A stretch of DNA of 42,185 nt from an uncultured bacterium (GTDB lineage: Bacteria; Gemmatimonadota; Gemmatimonadetes; Gemmatimonadales; Gemmatimonadaceae): assembly GCA_963978095.1 (NCBI GenBank), contig CAXBQP010000027.1, forward strand, positions 1 to 42,185. Direction: 5' to 3'. Positions 19,343-29,338 of this stretch are shown one piece after another. The translations under genes and the position numbers were made by a program. The notes beneath the pieces are model-generated. The model saw only the letters and a program-made list of their open reading frames with translations. It was not told the DNA's origin and did not search any database. Positions within the stretch are counted from its first letter, which is position 1. Each line of letters opens with the position of its first letter.

Positions 19343-20650
19343 TCATGGCGTGATCGACTTCGGCAGTCCCGCCAGCGCGGCCACGAGCAGGAGCGCCCAC
19401 TGCGGTCCCTTATACCCCTCCGGGCCGTCCTGGTACCATTCGGTGATTGCATGCGCGCCGCCGCCGGAACCGCCACCACCGATCGTGATGGCCTGGATTC
19501 CCAAACTCATCGGGATATTGGAGTCCGTGCTGGACGCGCCGGTTTCGACGTTCGACTGACCCAGCGCCTTCCCTGCCGCCAGAGCGGTGGCCACGATCGG
19601 CGTGGCCTCGGTCTGTGGCACCTTTCCCACGGGACGGATGCCGATGGTGTCGTACTTCACCGCGATCTTGGCCTTGGAGTTCGGCCACCGCGCATTCTCC
19701 GCGGCGAGCCCCTTGGCGATCGCATCCTGGATACGCCGGTCCATCTCATCGAGGTTCGACACCGACTCGGAGCGCATGTCCACATCCATGGTGCCGTCGG
19801 GAGAGATGGTGTTCACCGACGTCCCCCCCTTCACGATCCCCACGTTGAAGGTCGTCTTCGCACCGGCGGGGACCTGCAGGTCGGAGATGTTCGCGATCGC
19901 GCGCCCCATCGCATGGATCGCGCTCGGCATGCCGAACGCCCCGTACGAGTGGCCGCCCGGACCGGTGAACTTCACGCTGTAGCGCTTGCTCCCCACAGCC
20001 CGGTCCGTGACGTGAATACCAAGACCATCGACGGAGATGAAGTAGTCCACCTTGCCCTTGTACTCGTTGCCGAACATGTAGCGCACGCCGCGCAGGTCGC
20101 CCGGCCCTTCCTCACCGACGTTCGCAACCAGGATCACCTTGCCGGTGGTCTTGATGGCGCCTTCGTTCAGCGCCTTCGCCACCGACAGCACGACCGCCAG
20201 TCCGCGGCAATCGTCGCCGATTCCCGGCGCATCATACCGGTCACCGGTCTTCTTCACCTTCACGTCCGTGCCTTCCGGAAACACCGTATCGAGGTGTCCG
20301 GCGATCATCACCGTGGGCCCATTCCCGGTGCCGGGGCGTTCCACGATCACATTGCCGATCGAGTCGATCCGGGCCTGCGGGTAGCCGAGCGCCGCGATCC
20401 GCTTCCGAAACTCGAGGCCGCGCGCCGTTTCCTTGAATGGCGGCGCCGGGATCTCGCACAGCCCGACCTGCTGCTCCAGGATCCACGCGTTCCACGACTT
20501 GATGTTGTCCATCCCCTTCCGGACCGACGGATCATCCGTGGGCAGAGGGCGACCCTGCGCACCAACAACCGTGGGTCGGGCCACCCCGAAGGCGGCGCCG
20601 GCAGTGAATCCGAGGGCGGCGAGGATGTGGCGGACCGTGCGACGATGCAT
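19343..20650 (-). CDS. Exported M20/M25/M40-family metallohydrolase
   Basis: GHLDTVF, GIGDD, VGEEG, GGHSYG, STDSN, AH..EW; signal peptide. Confidence 0.9.
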   Translation of the reverse strand: MHRRTVRHILAALGFTAGAAFGVARPTVVGAQGRPLPTDDPSVRKGMDNIKSWNAWILEQQVGLCEIPAPPFKETARGLEFRKRIAALGYPQARIDSIGNVIVERPGTGNGPTVMIAGHLDTVFPEGTDVKVKKTGDRYDAPGIGDDCRGLAVVLSVAKALNEGAIKTTGKVILVANVGEEGPGDLRGVRYMFGNEYKGKVDYFISVDGLGIHVTDRAVGSKRYSVKFTGPGGHSYGAFGMPSAIHAMGRAIANISDLQVPAGAKTTFNVGIVKGGTSVNTISPDGTMDVDMRSESVSNLDEMDRRIQDAIAKGLAAENARWPNSKAKIAVKYDTIGIRPVGKVPQTEATPIVATALAAGKALGQSNVETGASSTDSNIPMSLGIQAITIGGGGSGGGAHAITEWYQDGPEGYKGPQWALLLVAALAGLPKSITP

Positions 20651-20729
20651 ATTCGGCAAGTTCAAAAGTGGACAGTTCGGCCTGACGAGCGTTTGTTGAA
20701 CCTAATCCAGAACAAACCGGTTCCGCACC

Positions 20730-22442
20730 ATGACTCAGCACTCCGACCACCCCTGGTTCGCGCACTACGACGCCGGCGTTCCCCGCACCCTGGGCGAATA
20801 CCCGGAGCGCACGCTCGCGGATTACATCCACGACACCGCCGCGCAGCGGCCGGAGCACCCGGCCTTCATCTTCAAGGGACGCCCCTTCTCGTATGCGGAC
20901 CTCGAGCGCTCGGCGAATGCCCTCGCCGTGGCCCTCCAACACCTCGGCGTCACACGTGGCGACCGGGTGGCGGCGATGCTCCCCAACTGCCCGCAGTTCT
21001 TCATCGTGGAACTCGCGGCGTGGAAACTCGGCGCGAGCTTGGCGCCGCTGAACCCGATTTACACCGAAGAGGAGCTCCTGGCACCGCTCCAGACGAGCGA
21101 GCCCGAAGTGGTGGTCGCCCTCACCCCGTTCTACGACCGGCTCAAGGCGGTGCAGTCGCGCACGACGGTGCGCCACGTGATCACCACGAACATCAAGGAA
21201 TATTTTCCGACCCTGCTGCGGTGGGTGTTCACCGTGGCCCTTGAGAAGAAGGCCGGGCATCGGATCACCCGTCGCGATGGCGATCCCGCACTCGCCGATC
21301 TCCTCGCGGCCAACGCCGGCGCGACCCCCTCGGGCGGGGGCGCTCGCCCCGACGACATCGCGCTGCTGCTGATGAGCGGCGGGACGACCGGCACCCCGAA
21401 GTGTGTCCCCGGCAAGCACCGCGATCTCGTGACCTCGGGGCTCCAGCTCCAGACCTGGGTCGCCGACGCGCTCCCGGCGTGGACGGGGAAGTTCATGCTG
21501 CCGCTGCCGATGTTCCATTCATACGGCGCGTGCGCGGCGCAGTCGGTGGCCTTCATCGGCCATAACCCGATTGTCCTCGTGCCGAATCCGCGCGACATCC
21601 CGGATCTGCTCAAGACCTTGGCGCAAACGCGGCCCCAAGTCTTCGCCGGTGTGCCGACTCTCTACAACACCCTGCTCAATCGGCCGGAAGTGAAAGCGGG
21701 GAAGGTCGATTTCACCTGTCTCCGGGTGTGCGTCAGTGGCGCCGCCCCGCTCATGGCGGAAACCAAGAAGCGCTTTGAAGCGGTGAGTGGTGCGCAGATC
21801 ATCGAAGGGTATTCGCTGACGGAATCGTTGCTCGCGGCCACCGCGTCGCCGGTGCGGGGGATGAGCAAGATCGGTTCCGTGGGACTCCCGATGCCGGACG
21901 TCACCGTGTGCATCGCGGATGTCGACGACCCGGCCAAGGCGATCCCCACGCGCGAGGTCGGCGAGATCCTCATTGCCGGGCGCCAACTGATGGACGGCTA
22001 TTGGCGCAACCCCGAGGAGTCGGCCCTGATGCTCTGGACGGATGCCGCAGGGACCCGCTGGCTTCGCACCGGCGACCTCGGCTACCTGGACAGTGACGGC
22101 TACCTGTTCATCGTCGACCGCAAGAAGGACCTGATCAAGCCCAACGGATTCCAGGTGTGGCCGCGCGAAATCGAGGAAGTCATCGCCGCGCACCCGGCGG
22201 TGGCCGAGGTCGGGGTTCGCGGCTTCCCCGACATGGCGCGCGGGGAGATCGCGGTGGCGTTCGTGGTGTTGCGTTCCGGGGCGAGCGCGACCGCCGAGGA
22301 GCTGCGGGAGTATGCGAAGGCGCACTTGGCGCCGTACAAGGTGCCCGGCAAAGTCGTCTTCCGGAATGAACTTCCCAAGTCGTTGATCGGAAAGGTGTTA
22401 CGACGGATGTTGACGCTGGATTCCGATACCCCGGCGGCGTGA
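20730..22442 (+). CDS. Long-chain fatty-acid--CoA ligase (FadD-like)
   Basis: SGGTTGTPK P-loop, LPMFH, EGYSLTE, RTGDLG, DRKKD, PKSLIGK. Confidence 0.9.
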   Translation: MTQHSDHPWFAHYDAGVPRTLGEYPERTLADYIHDTAAQRPEHPAFIFKGRPFSYADLERSANALAVALQHLGVTRGDRVAAMLPNCPQFFIVELAAWKLGASLAPLNPIYTEEELLAPLQTSEPEVVVALTPFYDRLKAVQSRTTVRHVITTNIKEYFPTLLRWVFTVALEKKAGHRITRRDGDPALADLLAANAGATPSGGGARPDDIALLLMSGGTTGTPKCVPGKHRDLVTSGLQLQTWVADALPAWTGKFMLPLPMFHSYGACAAQSVAFIGHNPIVLVPNPRDIPDLLKTLAQTRPQVFAGVPTLYNTLLNRPEVKAGKVDFTCLRVCVSGAAPLMAETKKRFEAVSGAQIIEGYSLTESLLAATASPVRGMSKIGSVGLPMPDVTVCIADVDDPAKAIPTREVGEILIAGRQLMDGYWRNPEESALMLWTDAAGTRWLRTGDLGYLDSDGYLFIVDRKKDLIKPNGFQVWPREIEEVIAAHPAVAEVGVRGFPDMARGEIAVAFVVLRSGASATAEELREYAKAHLAPYKVPGKVVFRNELPKSLIGKVLRRMLTLDSDTPAA

Positions 22443-22494
22443 ACATCAGCCGGCTCGCCATCCCGGGATGCTCGGTGATGTCTATTTTTGGCGG

Positions 22495-23757
22495 ATGACA
22501 TCATTCGTTCGTCGCACCTCCGTGCTCGCCTCCGTCGTTGTTGTCGTCGGGCTGCTCGGCGCGCTCGCGCCGGCCGGGGCGCCGAGCACCACGCGTCATC
22601 CGGCGGCTCCGCCGTCCGTAGTCGTGCTGATCTCGCTCGACGGGTTCCGCGCTGATTACATCACGCGCCCCGGGGCCGTGCGCTTGCGCGAGCTGGCCGC
22701 TCGCGGCGTGCGTGCGGAACGCCTGGTGCCGTCATTCCCGTCCAAGACCTTCCCCAATCACTACTCGCTCGTCACCGGCCTGTATCCCGAGCACCACGGC
22801 ATCGTGGCGAACGCCATGTCGGATCCCGAGCTCGGCCGATTCGCGATCGGCGACAACCCTGCGGTGCGCGACGCGCGCTGGTGGGACGGCGAACCGATCT
22901 GGGTAACGGCGGAAAAGCAGGGGGTGCGGACGGCGCCCTTCTTGTGGCCCGGCAGTGAGGCGCCGATCGGTGGGATTCGTCCACACTGGTGGGTGAAGTT
23001 CAATGGTACGATGCCGTACGCGGATCGGGTGAAGAAAGTCCTGGAGTTCCTCGAGATGCCCGCCGACAGCGCGCCACGTCTGGTGACCGCGTACTTCCAA
23101 GCCACGGATGATGCCGGGCACACGTACGGTCCCATGAGCGTCGAGAACGATTCGGCGATCGCACGTGCCGATTCTGCGATCGGCGCGATCATGGATGGCA
23201 TCGCCGCGCGAAAGGTCGGCGACCGCGTGAATCTCATCGTCGTGGCCGATCATGGCATGGCCGCGGTGAGCACCGAACGGCAGATCTATCTGGATGACTA
23301 CATCGCGATGCGCGATGTGGATGTGGTCGACTGGACGCCGGTGGGGGCCCTCGCGCCGGTGCACGGCACCGTCGACGCGCTGTACGCGGCACTCAAGGAC
23401 AAGCACCCGCATCTGCAGGTGTTCACGAAGGGCAATGTCCCCGCGCGCTTTCACTTCAACGCCCACGCGCACATCACGCCGATCGTGCTGATTGCCGACG
23501 AAGGGTGGACGATCACCACCCATGCGCGCGCGGCGAATGCGCCGCGCAGCGCGAACGGTGGCGCGCACGGGTACGACAATCAGCTGTTGAGCATGGGCGC
23601 GCTCTTCGTGGCGGCCGGTCCGGCATTCAAGCGCGGGGTGGTGGTGCCCCCGTTCCAGAACGTGCACGTGTACGCGCTGATGGCGCAGTTGCTCGGCCTC
23701 ACACCGGCCAAGACGGACGGCGCGCTGGACTCAGTGCGTGTGATGCTGCGTCCGTGA
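22495..23757 (+). CDS. Ectonucleotide pyrophosphatase/phosphodiesterase (alkaline-phosphatase superfamily), exported
   Basis: LISLDGFR, PSKTFPNHYSLVTGLYPEHHGI, WWDGEPIW, DDAGH, ADHGM, HGYD. Confidence 0.92.
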   Translation: MTSFVRRTSVLASVVVVVGLLGALAPAGAPSTTRHPAAPPSVVVLISLDGFRADYITRPGAVRLRELAARGVRAERLVPSFPSKTFPNHYSLVTGLYPEHHGIVANAMSDPELGRFAIGDNPAVRDARWWDGEPIWVTAEKQGVRTAPFLWPGSEAPIGGIRPHWWVKFNGTMPYADRVKKVLEFLEMPADSAPRLVTAYFQATDDAGHTYGPMSVENDSAIARADSAIGAIMDGIAARKVGDRVNLIVVADHGMAAVSTERQIYLDDYIAMRDVDVVDWTPVGALAPVHGTVDALYAALKDKHPHLQVFTKGNVPARFHFNAHAHITPIVLIADEGWTITTHARAANAPRSANGGAHGYDNQLLSMGALFVAAGPAFKRGVVVPPFQNVHVYALMAQLLGLTPAKTDGALDSVRVMLRP

Positions 23758-23811
23758 GGCGGGGACCGTCCGCACCCGCGCGCGCGTAGCACGCGTTCCT
23801 GGCACGCGTTC

Positions 23812-23985
23812 TCAGAACTCGCGCCGCTTCATCTCCTTGAAGAACTTCTCGCGGTCCAGCTCATGGTCGTCCACGACGCGCGCGGGCGCGGTCTTGTCGT
23901 AGGTCTTGCCGAACTCCGTCTTCGGCTTGGGCTGGCTGGTGAGCTTCTTGACCAGCGCGGCAATCTTCTTGTCGTCGTTCGCCAT
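23812..23985 (-). CDS. Small hypothetical protein (57 aa)
   Basis: GGAGG RBS 3 nt before ATG 23985; strong host codon bias; MANDDKKIAALVKKL...EKFFKEMKRREF. Confidence 0.7.
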   Translation of the reverse strand: MANDDKKIAALVKKLTSQPKPKTEFGKTYDKTAPARVVDDHELDREKFFKEMKRREF

Positions 23986-24097
23986 GATCCTCCGGTGGGG
24001 CTGATGGCCGAGCTTTGAATCTACGCGAAATCGGGGTAACGTGCTCAAGTGGCACGCGGCCCCTGTACGTCCGGTACTGCCGACTTCCTGAGGTTCG

Positions 24098-25744
24098 ATG
24101 AAAACGAGCACCACCCCCCTCGCCGGTTCGACGTCGACCGGCGCCGACCGTTTCACCGTCGCCGCGCTGGGCGTGGGGGCGCTGTCGTGCGTGCTCGTCG
24201 TGCTCCCGTATCGATCGTTCGACCTCGACCGATTCCTGGTGCCCAAGGAACTGCTGCTGCAGCTCACGGTGCTCGTGACAGGGATCGTGACCCTGTGGCG
24301 CCGGCGCAGGACCGGTGACCTCTCCATGGACGCGGCCGCCTGGCTGTGGATCGCCTATCTCGCGCTGACGACCCTCTCGGTGGCGGTCGCGCAGAATGGA
24401 TGGCTCGCCTGGCGTGCGAGCACCCTGACCATCAGCGCGGCCATGGCCTTTTTTGTGGGCCGCTCACTCCAGCGCGTGGGACTCGGCGGCGCCGTGGCAC
24501 GCGTCCTCGCTGCGGTCGTGACGGCAGGCGCCATCACCGCGCTGCTGCAAGCATACGGCATCAAGATGGAATGGGCCGCGATGAGTCGTGCCCCGGGCGG
24601 CAGCTTCGGCAATCGCAACTTCATGGCACATCTCGCCGCCGCGGGCGTGCCGTTGCTCTTCTATTGCATCGCGACGGCGCGCGGGTGGATCGCGTCGCTG
24701 GTCTCGTCGGCGGCGCTCACCATGTGCGCCGGGGCGTTGGTGCTGTCGCGGACGCGCGCGTCGTGGCTGGCGTTGATGGCGTGGGGCGCGGCCGCGTTCG
24801 TGCTGGTGGTGCGCGGCCCGTCGCTGTTCGATGTGACGGGAGCGAGGCGTCGGGCGTCCGTCGCACTCACGGCGACGATCGTGGGGGTCGTGGCTGCCGT
24901 GGTGATCCCGAACCGGCTCGAGTGGAAGAGTGACAATCCCTATCTCGAGAGCGTGACCGGTGTCGTGAACTACAAAGAAGGGTCCGGCGCCGGGCGGCTT
25001 CGTCAATATCAGAACTCGGCGCGGATCGCACTTTCCTATCCACTAGGGGTAGGTGCCGGGAACTGGCCGGTCCAATATCCGAGCTTTGCGCCATCGGGGG
25101 ATCCGAGCATGAGTGAGACCACGGGGATGACGGCGAACCCGTGGCCAAGCAGTGATTGGATGGCGACCCTGTCGGAACGCGGCGGTCTGGGGGTGGCCAC
25201 ATGGGGCGCGCTGGTGGCGATCCTGCTGCTCACGGCGTGGCGCGTGCGCCATGACGCGGCGCGTACGGCGGCCGAGCGGCTGGCCGCGGTCGCCGGTGCG
25301 AGTGTGTTGCTGATTGCGTCCATCGAGGGGCTGTTCGACGCCGTGCTCCTGCTCCCGGTGAACGCACTCGTGGTGATGGCGGTCGCAGGTGCCATGATCC
25401 CGGCCGGCGACGCAGCGGGGCCGTGGCGCGGGCGGCTGATGATCGGTGCGGGGCTGCGGACCGTGGGGACCGTGGTGGTCGGGCTGCTGCTGGGCAGCGC
25501 GGTGGTGCAGAGCGCGGGGCGCGTGGAGGCCATGCGACTGTACACCGAGGGACTGTTCGACCTCGCCGCCGCCCGCGATCCGGGGAATTTCCGGGTCCGT
25601 GTGCGTGCAGCGGAGCAGTTCATCGCGCGCGGCGACTGCAAGCGTGCGCGTCCGCACGCGGCCGCGGCGAAGCGCTTGTTCCCGAGCGCACCGGCGGCTG
25701 CGCGGGTGAGCGCGGCATGTCGCGTGAGCGAGCGATCGCGGTAA
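24098..25744 (+). CDS. O-antigen ligase (Wzy_C) family membrane protein with short TPR-like tail
   Basis: Multiple TM helices; GSFGNRNFMAH, LSRTRASW, PLGVGAGNW motifs. Confidence 0.8.
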   Translation: MKTSTTPLAGSTSTGADRFTVAALGVGALSCVLVVLPYRSFDLDRFLVPKELLLQLTVLVTGIVTLWRRRRTGDLSMDAAAWLWIAYLALTTLSVAVAQNGWLAWRASTLTISAAMAFFVGRSLQRVGLGGAVARVLAAVVTAGAITALLQAYGIKMEWAAMSRAPGGSFGNRNFMAHLAAAGVPLLFYCIATARGWIASLVSSAALTMCAGALVLSRTRASWLALMAWGAAAFVLVVRGPSLFDVTGARRRASVALTATIVGVVAAVVIPNRLEWKSDNPYLESVTGVVNYKEGSGAGRLRQYQNSARIALSYPLGVGAGNWPVQYPSFAPSGDPSMSETTGMTANPWPSSDWMATLSERGGLGVATWGALVAILLLTAWRVRHDAARTAAERLAAVAGASVLLIASIEGLFDAVLLLPVNALVVMAVAGAMIPAGDAAGPWRGRLMIGAGLRTVGTVVVGLLLGSAVVQSAGRVEAMRLYTEGLFDLAAARDPGNFRVRVRAAEQFIARGDCKRARPHAAAAKRLFPSAPAAARVSAACRVSERSR

Positions 25745-25772
25745 GTCGGCGCAGGAGGTGCGCCCGTCGGCG

Positions 25773-26699
25773 CTAGCCGCTCGCCCGCTGCAGCGCCTCC
25801 AGCACACCAGCCAACCGCACGCTTTCCTCACGCCCGAACACCGGTACCGCGTCCCCGGCGACGACGTCGGCGAAGTGCTCGACGAGACCGGCAAAGGCAT
25901 CGCCGCCCGCACATGCGATGCGCGCGATCGACCCGTCCTTCCGCTCCACGCACAGCTCGCTCGGCTCGAGCGCCCCCGGCACGTGCGCCCCCGGGAGCGT
26001 GATGACGGCGTCGCTGGTCGTGAGCGCCATCGTGCGGTGCACCGGTGCGTCGAACGACACGTGAAACGAGGAGCCGAATCCGTCGCCCCAATCGATCCAG
26101 CCGGTCATGGACGTGTCGATCTGCGCGCTGTTGCGGACGGCGTTCGCGGCGACGCGCACGGGGTGATGCCCCGCCATCATCATGAAGGGCGCGATGCAGT
26201 AGATTCCGACGTCGAACAACGCGCCGGCGCCTCGCGGGTCGAGGCGATGATCATCGCTCGACAGATTCATCGGCCAGCTGAACGCGCCGTGTCCCGACTG
26301 CGGGGTCCCGACCTCTCCGGATGCGACGAGCGACAGCAGGCGACGCGCGCGCGGGTGATGTGGCCACATGTAGGCTTCGAGCACCACACGCCCGGCGGCC
26401 TCGGCGTGCTCGCACACGGCAATCGTGTCGGCCACGGAGAGCGTGAGCGGCTTTTCGCAAAGCACGTGCTTTCCCGCCTCCAAGGCGCGATGCGTCCACG
26501 TCGCATGCAGGTGATTCGGGAGCGGGTTGTAGACCGCGTCGATGTCGGACCGCGTGAGCATGGCGTCATAGGCGGCCAACGAATCCCCCGCGCGGCTCGC
26601 CTCCGCGACGATCGTGTGTCCCGAGGCGAGCAGCGCGGGCTTCAGACTCTTGCGGTAGATGCGGCTGGATCCGCCAAGGACTCCCCAGCGTAATGGCAT
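25773..26699 (-). CDS. Gfo/Idh/MocA-family NAD(P)-dependent oxidoreductase
   Basis: LRWGVLG, AVYNPLPNHLH, GKHVLCEKP, GALFDVGIY. Confidence 0.9.
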   Translation of the reverse strand: MPLRWGVLGGSSRIYRKSLKPALLASGHTIVAEASRAGDSLAAYDAMLTRSDIDAVYNPLPNHLHATWTHRALEAGKHVLCEKPLTLSVADTIAVCEHAEAAGRVVLEAYMWPHHPRARRLLSLVASGEVGTPQSGHGAFSWPMNLSSDDHRLDPRGAGALFDVGIYCIAPFMMMAGHHPVRVAANAVRNSAQIDTSMTGWIDWGDGFGSSFHVSFDAPVHRTMALTTSDAVITLPGAHVPGALEPSELCVERKDGSIARIACAGGDAFAGLVEHFADVVAGDAVPVFGREESVRLAGVLEALQRASG

Positions 26700-26841
26700 G
26701 CGCGTGCCTCGGTGCGTACCGCGTTCACAACTCGTGGGGTCGGGCGCCTGTCTGGAAGTATGGCAACGCGTGACCTTTACGCCAGCCGCCCCGAGCGGTT
26801 CATTAATCCGTCCTCGTGTTCCCCCCCCGCCCCCCATCGCC

Positions 26842-27234
26842 ATGACCATCTACGGCACCGCGTTGCTCGCTGCCTGTCATATCCTGGGAATCCTGCTCGG
26901 CGAACTCCTCGGGCGCGCGCTCGGGGTCAAGACCAACGTCGGGGGTGTCGGGATTGCCATGCTCCTGCTGATCGCGGCGCGATATCACGGGCATGCGCGC
27001 GGGTGGCTCTCTGCCAAGAGCGAAGACGGCGTCAACTATTGGGCCGCCCTGTACATCCCGGTCGTGATCGCGATGGCCATGCAACAGAACGTGCTCAAGG
27101 CGATCAGTGGCGGACCGATGGCACTGCTCGCGGCCGTGTTGACGGTGGCCGCGTGCGCGGTGTGCATCTCGTGGATCAATCGCCGCGAAGTGATCCCCGC
27201 CGGCAACACGTCCACCACCGACGTGAGGAGCTGA
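26842..27234 (+). CDS. madL: Malonate transporter subunit MadL
   Basis: MTIYGTALLAAC..G..LG..LGVKTNVGGVGIAMLLLI, YIPVVIAMA..QNV..A..GGP. Confidence 0.92.
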   Translation: MTIYGTALLAACHILGILLGELLGRALGVKTNVGGVGIAMLLLIAARYHGHARGWLSAKSEDGVNYWAALYIPVVIAMAMQQNVLKAISGGPMALLAAVLTVAACAVCISWINRREVIPAGNTSTTDVRS

Positions 27235-27238
27235 ACCG

Positions 27239-28000
27239 ATGGACGCCCTCCTCCAGAAGATCGCGACCGACAACGGATTGATCCTCTCGTTCGCGGTGAT
27301 CGGGCTGGTGGTGTTCTGCTCCGGGTACATCAGTCGGTGGCTGACCATGGGGCGGATCCAAGGATCGGCGATCGCGATCCTCATCGGTCTCGCCCTCGCG
27401 TATGTCGGTGGGCGCATGACCGGCGGCAGCAAAGGACTCGCCGATATCAGCTACTTCAGCGGCATCGCGCTGTTGGGGGGCAACATGCTTCGCGATTTCG
27501 CGATCGTCGCCACGGCCTTTGAAGTCCACCCTGCCGAAGCCAAGCGCGCCGGGGGGATCGGTGCGATCGCGCTGCTGATCGGCACGGTGCTCCCGTTCAT
27601 GATCGGGGTGTCTGTAGCGTGGGTGTTCGGGTATCGCGATGCGGTGAGCCTCACCACGATCGGCGCGGGCGCCATCACCTACATCGTTGGACCGGTCACC
27701 GGAACGGCCATCGGGGCGACCCCGGAAGTCATCACCCTCAGCATTGCGGCGGGGGTGTTCAAGGCGATCCTCGTGATGGTCGTCACGCCCATGCTCGCCG
27801 GTTTCATGCGCCTCAAGACGCCGCGGTCCGCCATGGTGTTCGGTGGGCTCGCCGGCACGGTCAGCGGCGTCTCGGCGGGGCTCGCGGCGACGGACCGGAC
27901 CTTGGTGCCCTATGGCGCCCTGGTGGCCACCTTCCATACCGGGATCGGATGTCTCTTGGCACCGTCCGTGCTGTACTTCGTGGTGCGAGCCCTGGTCTGA
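27239..28000 (+). CDS. madM: Malonate transporter subunit MadM
   Basis: GSAIAILIGL, GGSKGLADI, GGNMLRDFAIVATAF, TYIVGPVTG, LVPYGALVATFHTG. Confidence 0.93.
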   Translation: MDALLQKIATDNGLILSFAVIGLVVFCSGYISRWLTMGRIQGSAIAILIGLALAYVGGRMTGGSKGLADISYFSGIALLGGNMLRDFAIVATAFEVHPAEAKRAGGIGAIALLIGTVLPFMIGVSVAWVFGYRDAVSLTTIGAGAITYIVGPVTGTAIGATPEVITLSIAAGVFKAILVMVVTPMLAGFMRLKTPRSAMVFGGLAGTVSGVSAGLAATDRTLVPYGALVATFHTGIGCLLAPSVLYFVVRALV

Positions 28001-28018
28001 TCCCTCGTACGTTACCGC

Positions 28019-29338
28019 ATGCATATCGCGATCATCGGCGCCGGCCCATCGGGAATCACCGCGGCCAAGAACTGCGCGCAGGCTGGGATCCCGTTCACCT
28101 GGTTTGAGAAGAGCGCCAACGTCGGCGGGAACTGGGTCTTTGACGACGCCCTGGGTCATTCCAGCGTCTACGAGAATACGCATTTGATCTCCTCCAAGAC
28201 GCTCTCGTCCTACGAGGACTTCCCGATGCCGGCCTCGTACCCGGATTATCCGAACCACCGGCAGCTGCACGCGTACTTCGAGTCGTACGCGCGGCATTTC
28301 GGCATCCTCGACCAGGTACGCCTTCATCACACGGTGCGACACGCGCAACCGACGCGCGACGGCGAGTGGGTACTCGACGTTGCCGGGCCCGACGGTGTGA
28401 CGACGACCGCATTCACGCACCTGATGGTCGCCAACGGTCATCACTGGAATCCACGCTGGCCCGAGATTCCGGGCACCTTTGCCGGGCGCTACCTCCACAG
28501 TCACGATTTCAAGCGCGCCGACGACACGTGGCGCGGTCGGCGCGTGCTGGTCATCGGTGCCGGGAACTCGGCGTGCGATGTCGCCGTGGAAACCGCCCGC
28601 ATCGCCGATGCCGTCCACCTGTCGATGCGTAGCCCACAATGGTTCGTGCCGAAATATCTGTTCGGAACGCCGTCCGATGTGCTGGCGTCGCGTTCCGCCT
28701 GGTTGCCGCGTGCCTGGCGCCAATGGGGACTCACCGCGCTGCTCGGGCTGGTGCAGGGTCGGTATCGTGACATCGGGTTGCCGGAGAACACGCGACCGGT
28801 GTTGTCGCATCATCCGACCGTCAACTCGGAGCTCTTGGATGTCATTCGGCATGGGCGCATCGTCCCGCGTCCCGGCATCGCACGATTCGAGGGGTCCGTT
28901 GTCCACTTCACCGACGGCAGCTCCGACCACTACGACGTGGTCGTGGCGTGCACCGGCTTCAAGATCACCTTCCCGTTCTTCGCGTCGGGATTCTTCGATC
29001 TCGAGCAGGCGGAACAGGTCCCGCTCTACCGCAAGATGATGCACGCCGAGCATCCGTCGCTCTATTTCATCGGCCTCTTTCAACCGTTGGGCTGCATCTG
29101 GCCGCTGGCGGATCATCAGGCGAAACTCGCCTGTGCGGAAATCCAAGGACGGTATCAGCGGCCGCGCGACATGCCGGCGGCGATCGCCCACGAGCTGGCG
29201 CATCCGCACTATCGCTGGGAAGCCGCCCCACGGCATTCCACGGAAGTGGATTACCATATGTTTCGCCGGGAACTGCTCGCCGAACTCGCCAAGGCATCAG
29301 GGCCACGCGCCGCCACCCACACCAGGAGCCAGTCATGA
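28019..29338 (+). CDS. Flavin-containing monooxygenase (class B FMO)
   Basis: GAGPSG; VGGNW; FMO fingerprint FAGRYLHSHDF; GAGNSACD; CTGF. Confidence 0.9.
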   Translation: MHIAIIGAGPSGITAAKNCAQAGIPFTWFEKSANVGGNWVFDDALGHSSVYENTHLISSKTLSSYEDFPMPASYPDYPNHRQLHAYFESYARHFGILDQVRLHHTVRHAQPTRDGEWVLDVAGPDGVTTTAFTHLMVANGHHWNPRWPEIPGTFAGRYLHSHDFKRADDTWRGRRVLVIGAGNSACDVAVETARIADAVHLSMRSPQWFVPKYLFGTPSDVLASRSAWLPRAWRQWGLTALLGLVQGRYRDIGLPENTRPVLSHHPTVNSELLDVIRHGRIVPRPGIARFEGSVVHFTDGSSDHYDVVVACTGFKITFPFFASGFFDLEQAEQVPLYRKMMHAEHPSLYFIGLFQPLGCIWPLADHQAKLACAEIQGRYQRPRDMPAAIAHELAHPHYRWEAAPRHSTEVDYHMFRRELLAELAKASGPRAATHTRSQS

